Shown here: piece by piece, positions 37,769 to 47,039 of the stretch
How the letters are laid out: every line of letters begins with the position of its first letter
Position numbering within the stretch: position 1 is the stretch's first letter
Assembly (NCBI RefSeq): GCF_001194135.2
Contig: NC_068990.1
Coordinates: forward strand, 36,856,299-36,903,337
DNA from: Octopus bimaculoides
Taxonomy: Eukaryota
Direction: 5' to 3'
Length of the DNA stretch: 47,039 nt
Position numbers and translations under genes: made by a program
Notes under the pieces: generated by a model
What the model was told of the DNA's origin: nothing
Database searches by the model: none
The model's input: the letters and a program-made list of their open reading frames with translations, nothing else

Positions 37769-38442
37769 ATATATATTTATATATATATATATATACACAT
37801 ACACACACATACATACATACATACATACATACATACATACATACACACATATATATACATACACACATATATATATATATACTCACACATACATTTTCTC
37901 TACAACTGCTATCCTTTAAAGTTACTTAACTTTATTTCTAAAACTAATGTGTGTGTATTCAGCTATTTAACCACACACATGCTGTCAGTGGCATTTTCCA
38001 TTCTCTGGACTTTTCATTTTTTTTTCTTTCTGATGAAGAGCTATGCTTGGTAAGTCAAAATCTTCCTCTTTTTTGCACGTTTACCAAGAATCAAACTAAT
38101 ACATTCCGTGTGCATGTCCTCTTGTTGTTTTGCTATTGTTATTTTTAATGTTCAATTATTTGATTTGACTATATGTATACATATATACATATATACATGC
38201 ACACACACACATACACTCACACACAGACATTTTTTCTTCCATTGTTATTCTTGATCATTGATCATTGTACCTATGGTCTTTGTAATGAGTGTCAATGAAG
38301 AACATTTGCATATCATATGGCATGGGCATGGCTGGAACACCTTCACTTATAAGATCTGTTGAGTTGGAGCCGATCTGAGGCTAAAACAAAACAACCACAA
38401 AAATTCTGTATAACTTCTTTTACAGAACCCACAGTAGCTCAC

Positions 38443-38502
38443 CATCTTTGAAGCATCTCTACTAATATCTATAATATATCTACTTGCATTGACAGTAGCA
38501 GA
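38443..38502 (-). CDS. Candidate coding exon SATVNASRYIIDISRDASKM
   Basis: tttgaattttcag|60 nt|gtgagc. Only frame 0 is open (phase 0 to 0). Confidence 0.6.
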
Positions 38503-39649
38503 CTGAAAATTCAAAAACTATAAAGAAGATATCACTTAATGGTCATAAATTTGATGGTAGAAATTAGTTAATGGTGGTACAAATTGATTAATGATAGAAG
38601 TTAGTTAATGGGTTAAACATAGTAGACATAAAGTTAACACTGGTAGAATTTAGTAAATGGGGGTAGAAATGATTGTCTAGCAACAGAAATTGTTTAATGG
38701 TTATTAAAATATTGATAGATATTATTATTTAAAATCAACTCAAATTCTTTAATGGCTGTAATGATTAGTTAGTGGTAGTAGAAATTAATTGATAATAGTA
38801 GAAATTATGTAGTGATGGTAGAAATTAGATACCTGTGGTAAAAATTGTAAAATAGTACTAGTATTGCTTGATGTGGCTGGAGGTTGATTGCTGCAGTTTA
38901 AGGTTGTTTACATATGATTGCACACTTACTGAGAGGTGTTAGTTATATTTACACAGCTTGTGTTATAATTTTCTTTGAGGGAACTAGATGACAGAATCAG
39001 TAGACTGATGAATAATATATGTCTTGTAGTATTTAGTTACTTATCTTTTTACACTCTGCGTTAACAGAGTTGACTTACTTTGATGAAGTAAGAATCACTA
39101 ATATACTGCAAGCATTGTGTATCTTGTGTCTGTATCAGAAATCTTTAATCTGGGGTTTTGTTACTGAACACTCTTCCTAATTTCAGCAAGTGTAATCATA
39201 ATATAAACAATAGTAAAGATGCCAAAATCACTCAACCTTACATTAATTTTAGATCATAAACTCTGCCTTCTTAAATCCATTAATTAATTAGAGTATGCTT
39301 AATTAGAGTGTATTTTATTTTCTAGACTATGAGTCCTAAAAGTCCAAATCTCTTCTTAGTGCAAAATGACAAGCCTTTTTCTTACACTCTCCAAATAATC
39401 ATTTTGTTCATCTATATTAATGATCTTAATATTTTAACAATTCATGGTTAATTAGAATTTTCTTTTAAAATTATTTCAGACAGCAATGCATTTATTCTTT
39501 TTCAACATTACATTTTATAATACGTTTATGTTTATTTTGTACAAATGATATCGTTATTTATATTTCAATTTATCAAATATTATTTATGTTATATTATTTG
39601 CTTCAATTTTTCATTTCCAAATTTCATTTAGTTGGAATTAGGCAACTGT

Positions 39650-40000
39650 AAAAACCTTAATATTCTCTAAACCCAGAAATATATCTATTTATTGAAAGCA
39701 TCATTACATTTCCAATCTGGTTCTGTAGCAAATTTTCCTCATGGAAACAGATGCAAAAATATTTTATTAAATTTCTTCTGCTTCTCTCAACATCTACATT
39801 TATAAAGTTCTTCTAAGATTCAAACCTGTTTCGCAATTCCATCAAGAATTTGTCCTTTGGTTATTTCAATTTCATGATGGCAATGGCATCGGAATTACAA
39901 TTCCTATGTAAACTTGATGTTTTCAATTGTCTAACTGAGTTTTTCAGACGTGCAAAGATTTGAATGAAATCACAGGAAATCAATGATTGGATTGAAGAGC
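39650..40000 (-). mobile_element. Old RTE LINE endonuclease-RT linker remnant
   Basis: KLK*PKDKFLMELRNRFES*...DVERS matches the typical KLK..F..ELRNRFE.L linker motif. Stops present. Confidence 0.6.
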
Positions 40001-40179
40001 CTTGAGAAAATGTATGTTGTGTTTGTTATGCACATTCCATGCAGACATACATACATACATACACACACATCATGCTTATCACCATATTCCTCACCAGCAT
40101 TTAAATCAGCAGATATGTCTATATGTGCATGTGAATATGTATTTCTGTGTGTTTCCTTGTTTTGACATTAAGTGATAGT

Positions 40180-40400
40180 TGTAAAATAGCATCATTGTTG
40201 TACAAACAGTGTCTTTCATTTTCATTCTACAGAGAAAAATATGTCTAGCAGAGGAAAGTATTACCACACTTGGAAACAATTGAGGGTTAGCAACAGGAAA
40301 GGAATCTAGCCATAAAAAATGTCTGTCTTGATGAATTCTGTCAGACACGTCCAAGCATAGAAAATTGAATAGTAAAATGATGATGAGGATGATGATGTTT
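40180..40400 (+). mobile_element. Degenerate retroposon 3' part with (GAT)n tail
   Basis: gggttagcaacaggaaaggaatctagccat...caagcatagaaaattgaa...tgatgatgaggatgatgatg. Confidence 0.55.
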
Positions 40401-41320
40401 TACATAGGATGAAAAAGAAAATCAAAAGATGAGCTAGATGGTCATAGATGGACTATGTTTGATCATAGGTATGCTTAATCAAAGCTGACTTAGGGTTAAA
40501 TAACTGCTGCAATCTGATGTTTATGAATTAATGAGGAAACCTCTGCATAGACATTTAACCTGCAGGAAATGACAGCCAAATTTCCTTCAGCTCACACAAT
40601 AGTGTTTTAATGATAGGATTGACCTGTTGTATAATGAAGTACTTGATGTATATATAAAGGCAGAATAGTCATAGTTGGAAGGCTTTTGATCATATGTCTA
40701 CTGATTCCAGGTTGACCAGATGCTAATAAACAACCAAAGGAAAATATTTTAATTTACTCACCCAGCCAGCTTATTGATCGAAAGTGTTCAAATGATGACA
40801 ATCCCATCATACATAAATGTCAGTCTGAATAAGTTTGGGTTGTCAGAAAAAGAAATCAACCAACTGAATCTCACATTACAATCTGTAAGTGGAACAGTAA
40901 AACTTTGCAAGACTTTTCCCAGGTTTCAAATGTGACATTGTTTTCAGTATCTACATTCCAAAGACGGAAGTCTGTATCTTTGTTAGAAACCAGCTCCTTC
41001 ATCAGAGGAAGAATTTAAATAATTAAAAACGGAAGAGACATACATACATACATACATACATACATGGAAAGACAGCCAAGAATTCTAGTCAAATCTGAAA
41101 CTGGAATAATAGTTTACTCATCAAAATTCTTAACATATCTCTAAAATTCCAAGGAAACCCATCCATAAAATAAATATACCTTCATTTCTTATTTGTTTGC
41201 CTTGCAACAAAAAGTTTTTGTATTGGATCCAACATAACCAAACAACTATGTCTAATTGATCTTTCTGTTTCATGACTCACTTTGTTAAAGATGATTAAAA
41301 AAAAAAAAAAAAAAACCCAC

Positions 41321-41366
41321 CCAGTTTTCAGTCGGTGTCTGGCAGTCAACAGACCATAGAGAATAC
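41321..41366 (-). CDS. Candidate coding exon (R)YSLWSVDCQTPTENW
   Basis: Donor TGG|gtgggt. The acceptor is the second AG of ctttttcccacagcaag. Phase 2 to 0 bridges the 42308 and 38502 exons in frame. The acceptor is uncertain, with alternatives at 41370 and 41429. Confidence 0.4.
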
Positions 41367-41497
41367 CTTGCTGTGGGAAAAAGGCCAGCACCAGCACCAG
41401 CAACCATCGCTGCCTTCATCAAATTTCACCTGTTGAAATTTTCTTAACAAGAATTGCTATTAACAAGCACAATTTGCACGAAACTAGCACAATTGTA

Positions 41498-41860
41498 CAG
41501 GAGTGGCTGTGTGGTAAGAAGTGTGATTCACAACCACATGGCTTCAAGTTCAGTCCCATTATATGGCACCTTGGACAAGTGTCTTCCACTAAAGCCTTGG
41601 GTTAGCCAAAGCCTTGTGAGTGAATTTAGTAGATGGAAACAGAAGGAAGCCTGTCATATATGTGTATGTATTTGTGTGTCTTTGTGCTTGTCTCCCACCA
41701 CCACCACATGACAACTGGTGTTGGTTTGTTTATGTCATGGTAACTTAACAGCTTGGCATAAGAGATTGAAAGAATAACTACTTTCCATGTAGTGCCCCTG
41801 CATGACCACAGTTCACACAGTTCAGTGACTGAAATAAGTAAAAGACAACATATGTGTGTT
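41498..41860 (+). mobile_element. SINE family A, older copy
   Basis: caggagtggctgtgtggtaagaag...ggcaccttggacaagtgtcttccact...gaaataagtaaaag. Confidence 0.85.
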
Positions 41861-41874
41861 TGCATGTGTAAATG

Positions 41875-41909
<35 letters not shown>

Positions 41910-42307
41910 ACGTGCACATGACTAGTGTTAGACATGTGGATTTAAATGAAAAAGCACACTAAAGTCTTTCAATCACCAGATATTTTTCCCTGTTCCTTGC
42001 TTTAAACACTTTTCTGAGTCCATTATGGCTTAGTGATTTCTATTTCTTCTAAAACATTTCTCTTAGCCACATATAAACTGGATACTTAAATAGGTATCTC
42101 AAGAAAATATGAGAGTTTACTGAAAAATTCCTGGCTATCACGAAAGGTTAGGTTGGAGGCCCTACCTCCTGAGTTCTTTTACAGAGATTAGAAAAACTGA
42201 AGGACCACTGCAATAAGTGTGTGAGGGGGGTATGTTGAATAAAATCCTAATTAACTGATTCTCCTGTACATTCTTTTTCCCAAAGCCAGGAACTTTTCAG
42301 CACTCAC

Positions 42308-42407
42308 CTCATAACTGTTTTTAATTCAAGAGAAATTGATGTTGCATCAGTAACAGTCTGTGAGTGTCCCTCTGCTGCATATCCAAACAGCCAAACAAAG
42401 TCATAAT
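42308..42407 (-). CDS. Candidate internal coding exon of an unidentified protein: (D)YDFVWLFGYAAEGHSQTVTDATSISLELKTVM(R)
   Basis: Minus strand reads gctgtttttag|100 nt|gtgagt. Only one frame is open (phase 1 to 2). The sequence is non-repetitive with coding-like composition. Confidence 0.65.
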
Positions 42408-42499
42408 CTAAAAACAGCAACGTCTCTACTAGCTAGAAATAGAAGTAATATTTCCCTTGAAATATATATTAGCCTCAAATTTTGACAGAAGGCCAGTAG

Positions 42500-42675
42500 G
42501 CTTGGAGTAGGAGCTAAGTCACATTAAACTCCAGTCTTCAACTGGTACTTATATCGATTTTGAAAGGATGAAAGGCAAAGTTTTCCTTGGTATAATATGA
42601 ACTCAGAACGTAAGGACAGACAAAATGCAGCAAAGCATTTTACCTGGCATGCTAACGATTCTGCCAGCTTGCCAT
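42500..42675 (-). mobile_element. SINE family B, degenerate
   Basis: aactggtacttatatcgattttgaaaggatgaaaggcaaag...gaactcagaacgtaa...ctaacgattctgccagct. Confidence 0.8.
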
Positions 42676-43178
42676 CATCTCTTGAATTATAGATTACCAC
42701 CACGAGAAGAGATAAATATGTTAAATGATACAGTCCTAGATACACAATTTCTACCTGGCTCAGGTAGATATTGTCATAGGTCTGCTCTTTTATAAATGAC
42801 AACAACAGAAACAAACATACATAGAGGGTAATGGTCACTGCCAGAATCCACCAGTCAGGTAGATCAAGGCTAACCTAGGGATGAACAGCAGAAATAACAA
42901 GATTGGAGGACCACATCATGCACATGCATTTCAGTTTTGGGGTCAGTTTCTACAACTAGATGCCCTTCTTATTGTAGAGTGTACTGGGTGCTCTTCATTC
43001 TATGTTTTCTCTGCTCTTTTGCCAACCAGCTTACAGAGTGTACGAAATGTATTTTATTGTACTATCAGCACAATAAATGTTGTTGTGTCCTAACCATAAC
43101 AAGAACTAAAAGGACTTCTTGACCTCACTCTGCCAAAGAATGTGTCACACAACACATTCTACTATAGAAAAACAGACT

Positions 43179-43580
43179 GGCGTAGGAGTGGCTGTGTGGT
43201 AAGTAGCTTGCTTACGAACCACATGGTTCCGGGTTCAGGTCACTGCGTGGCATCTTGGGCAAGTGTCTTCTACTATGGCCTCGGGCCAACCAAAGCCTTG
43301 TTAGTGGATTTGGTAGACGGAAACTGAAAGAAGCCCGTCGTATATATGTATATATATATGTGTGTGTGTGTGTGTGCTTGTGTGTCTGTGTTTGTCCCCC
43401 TAGCATTGCTTGACAACCGATGCTGGTGCGTTTATGTCCCCGTCACCTAGCAGTTCGGCAAAAGAGACCAATAGAATAAGTACTAGGCTTACAAAGAATA
43501 AGTCCCGGGGTTGATATGCTCGACTAAAGGTCGTGCTCCAGCATGGCCGCAGTCAAATGACTGAAACAAGTAAAAGAGTA
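43179..43580 (+). mobile_element. Full-length young SINE family A (tRNA head, CORE-like centre, internal microsatellite)
   Basis: A-box tggctgtgtgg and B-box-like gggttcaggtc. Many CpGs retained. Ends ctgaaacaagtaaaagagta. Confidence 0.92.
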
Positions 43581-44785
43581 TATAACAAAAAACACAATGA
43601 TGATGACGACAGACATATGTTGGATTTCTGAACAGTTCCAGCCATTAAATTATAACCACAAGCCTGGCATGATAATAGGGAACCCTTGCTTATGATTGCT
43701 GCACAGTGGGATGGAACCAAGAACTATGGGGTTATTGAAGCTTCCTTCTTAATAACACAGCCATGCCTATAAGTTATTTTAAAAACTTTGAAAAAGATTT
43801 TTAAATGTGTATGGCCAAATGATTTAAAATAAGTAAATAAAGAAAGAAAAAATTAAGCATTATTTGTATTATATATTCAACTCCTAATTGATAAATAGTT
43901 CTTTGAAAATTTATAAGATTTATAAAATATTCTTTTAACTGTTATTTGTGTGCATTTGTATTTACAGATCTAGTAAGGAATTTTTGCTCTTCGTTTTGTT
44001 GGTATTTGAATGGGTTTTTTTAAAATTCCTTCTAATTTACAAAATTTCTCTCTAAGTTTGTTGAAGTCAAAGAAAACATAAACAAAACTAAATATTTTGA
44101 TTGATTGATTCATTGACTGAGTGATGTAATGCTTAACGAGAATGTAAAATTATTTCTTAAAAGCGAGTAGGAAAGTATAGGGAAGGAAAAAAGGAAGAGA
44201 GAGATGATATTGATAATGATAATAATGATGATGATTAAGAACAAGAGCTCAAAGAGATCAAAGCCATGTAAAAAAATTTTAAATCACATACATATGTGTG
44301 TGTATATGTATCTGCCTCTCTATTATCTTTATCTCTCTATACATACACACACACACACATATATATGCACACATGCACAGGCACACAGCTACATAGACAA
44401 ATGCATAAAATATTGTCATTAATGAGCAGCCAATAAAAGATAGTAAAACAATCTTCTCAACTAAAAAAAATTGAACCAAAAAATATTGAAATATTTCAAT
44501 GTAAGTTGATGTGAAAAACAAGAGAAAATAAAAGATAAGAACTCTACAAACGTAAAAGAGATTACTTTTATATTCTTGTTGCCTTGTATATGTATACATA
44601 TATTTGCTAATTTATTTAAGTATCAATTTGTGTATTTGAATATTTATTTATTTAACATTTTACTTATTGAGGTATTTGCATTAAATTAATGAGAATAATT
44701 TGATGCTTTCTATATTGAGAAAAATGACAGATTCTTAACACCAATGGGAAATGAGATTTTTATGAGAAAATATTTTTTCACTCAC

Positions 44786-44827
<42 letters not shown>

Positions 44828-45489
44828 NNNNNNNNNNNNNNNNNNNNNNNNNNNNNNNNNNNNNNNNNNNNNNNNNNNNNNNNNNNNNNNNNNNNNNNNN
44901 NNNNNNNNNNNNNNNNNNNNNNNNNNNNNNNNNNNNNNNNNNNNNNNNNNNNNNNNNNNNNNNNNNNNNNNNNNNNNNNNNNNNNNNNNNNNNNNNNNNN
45001 NNNNNNNNNNNNNNNNNNNNNNNNNNNNNNNNNNNNNNNNNNNNNNNNNNNNNNNNNNNNNNNNNNNNNNNNNNNNNNNNNNNNNNNNNNNNNNNNNNNN
45101 NNNNNNNNNNNNNNNNNNNNNNNNNNNNNNNNNNNNNNNNNNNNNNNNNNNNNNNNNNNNNNNNNNNNNNNNNNNNNNNNNNNNNNNNNNNNNNNNNNNN
45201 NNNNNNNNNNNNNNNNNNNNNNNNNNNNNNNNNNNNNNNNNNNNNNNNNNNNNNNNNNNNNNNNNNNNNNNNNNATATATATATATATATATATACATAT
45301 ATATATACATATATACATACATACATATATCTGTGTGTGTGTGTGTGTGTGTATGTATATAAACATGTATTTATGTGTATATGTGTAGATATAAGTTAAT
45401 ATCAATACACTAATAAACAAAAACTTCAAACACTTCCATTTAGATCTGTATGTATATATAACATATAGACACACATGCATGTACATATA

Positions 45490-45546
<57 letters not shown>

Positions 45547-45560
45547 CTCTCTCTCTCTCC

Positions 45561-45595
<35 letters not shown>

Positions 45596-46384
45596 GATGT
45601 ATGTATATGTATATATACATGTGTGTGTAATGAATGCTTAAGTTGTAAAAGTGTGCATGCAAAAAAGGTTATAACGTACAGTTAAAAAGGTCTTTTAACT
45701 TACATGCTACACAGGCATGTATATACGTAACCGTCATACGATGTATGCGTGTATGTATGCATGCATGTATATATGTATGTGTGTGTGTGTGTGTGTGTGT
45801 GTGCGTAAATATATATTCATACGTTTTTATGTACTGAATGAATTAGCCAAAACTTATAAACAAAAATACATAATTAAAATGAATCTGCACAAAAATTATA
45901 ATGGATGGGTGAAAAGAACTTTTAATAACACATTTTGAAATTGAAAAAAAAAGTAAACGATCATATTTATGAAATCTAACGGGAAATTTACTTAAAATAC
46001 AATACCTTTGAAATATGTAGAAAAAAAAGCTGAATGTAAATTTGTTAATGTCTAAGATTTATACATAAATAAATGAATATTTTTTGTAGATATTTAATTA
46101 TTTCAATTAACTGTTCTGGAATGTTCGTATTTTGAAAGAATGTTTATTTGTTCTTAAATTTTTTATGTCTTGAATTTTCGTCTGTTAATTTTTTTTTATT
46201 AACTGCATTATATACATGCACATCTCTGTAAGTATATGACAGATTTATGAAAATGTATATACATATGTATACACACTCTCTGTCTTTCACTCACACACAC
46301 ACACATACACACACTTCTTGGTCTTTTTATCTATCCATATATCTGTTTATCTCTTTGTTACTCTCTAGCAGTATGTATGTATAA

Positions 46385-46550
46385 ATTTGTACACATATGG
46401 TTAAGAAGTTTATTTTTCGACAATGAGGTTTTTGGCTCAGTTCCACTGCATGGCACTTGGACAAGTGCTTACTATGATAGCCCTTAGCTGTCCAAAATCT
46501 TATGAGTAGGTATTTTAAGAATAGAAACTGAAAGAAGCTTATCATAAATG
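46385..46550 (+). mobile_element. Degenerate SINE family A 5' part
   Basis: ggctcagttccactgcatggcacttggacaagtg...gaaactgaaagaagc. Confidence 0.7.
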
Positions 46551-46654
46551 CACACAAACACACATTCCTGCATACATACATTTATATATCTATCTATATA
46601 TCTATCTATATATATATATATCTATATATATATATATACACACACACACATACA

Positions 46655-47039
46655 AGTGGCAGATGTTCATGTGCAATAAACACTGTAAACAAACAGGAAA
46701 CAACTTCTATCTCATTCCAGGGAGAAAAACTAGAGGTAGTTGATAGCTTCCGCTATCTGGGTGACCAAGTTAGTAGTGGGGGTGGATGCACTGAAAGTGT
46801 AATTGCTAGAATAAGAATAGCCTGGGCCAAGTTTAGAGAGCTCTTACCTCTGCTGGCGACAAAGGGACTCTCACGCAGGGTAAAAGGCAGACTGTATGAC
46901 ACATGTGTACGAACAGCCATGCTACATGGCAGTGAAACATGGGCTGTGACTGCTGAGGACATGCGTAAGCTCATAAGGAATGAAGCCAGTATGATCCGCT
47001 GGATGTGTAATGTCAATGTGAATACACATCAGAGTGTAA
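46655..47039 (+). mobile_element. 5'-truncated RTE LINE ORF (post-RT region), open to the window end
   Basis: Stop-free frame SGRCSCAINTVNKQETTSISFQGEKLEVVDSFRYLGDQVSSGGGC...LLPLLATKGLSRRVKGRLYDTCVRTAMLHGSETWAVTAEDMRKL...MIRWMC. Confidence 0.95.

Larger units (their letters stand above)
1..47039. repeat. Numerous (TA)n, (CA)n/(TG)n, (TATC)n, (GA)n, (ATT)n and (CATA)n microsatellites, many adjoining N gaps
   Basis: Examples at 1-58, 1665-1750, 7270-7410, 11650-11870, 15168-15220, 25640-25885, 26968-27048, 32040-32393, 33354-33500. They generate the YIYI, HTHT and CVCV ORFs. Confidence 0.98.

Noticed and set aside
35752-37864. Long ORFs (618, 490, 267 aa and others) in the track
   Set aside because: Composed of N gaps and GA/TA low-complexity sequence. 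Only the Penelope fragment at 37539-37768 is meaningful.
40762-40960. Minus-strand frame with three in-frame TGA codons (possible selenoprotein)
   Set aside because: No phase-compatible acceptor, no SECIS noticed, and the opposite strand looks more protein-like. Most likely a decayed repeat.
1602-45938. Dozens of [16 protein letters not shown] and F/L-rich ORFs
   Set aside because: Translations of microsatellites and pyrimidine tracts.

Overview
AT-rich, repeat-dense eukaryotic genomic DNA from a draft assembly with many N gaps, usually abutting (TA)n tracts. The repeats include several tRNA-headed SINE families, RTE LINE pieces with (GAT)n tails, CR1/L2, Penelope-like and Tc1 relics, and long TA/CA/TATC microsatellites. 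From recalled family sequences they look like those of an octopod cephalopod (inference). Most ORFs in the supplied track are microsatellite or N-gap artefacts. By hand I find a chain of small minus-strand exon candidates with canonical splice sites and compatible phases (42308-42407, 41321-41366, 38443-38502, 23410-23435, 7519-7590, 2571-2600/2694, 2356-2400); I cannot name the product. At ~13950-15150 lies an AT-rich but CpG-retaining island with a diverged 216-bp tandem duplication. Each copy carries GTCACGTGAT followed by an ATG, and a YY1-like motif with a minus-strand splice donor sits alongside, so it may be a bidirectional, duplicated promoter. Other points of interest: a 316-bp Penelope-type palindrome with two decayed minimal hammerhead ribozymes, a CR1-like LINE lacking its whole RT core, a perfect 20-bp hairpin of pre-miRNA size, and an inverted SINE pair bracketing a candidate 16-nt micro-exon. 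No prokaryotic features, CRISPR arrays, rRNA or genuine tRNA genes were seen.
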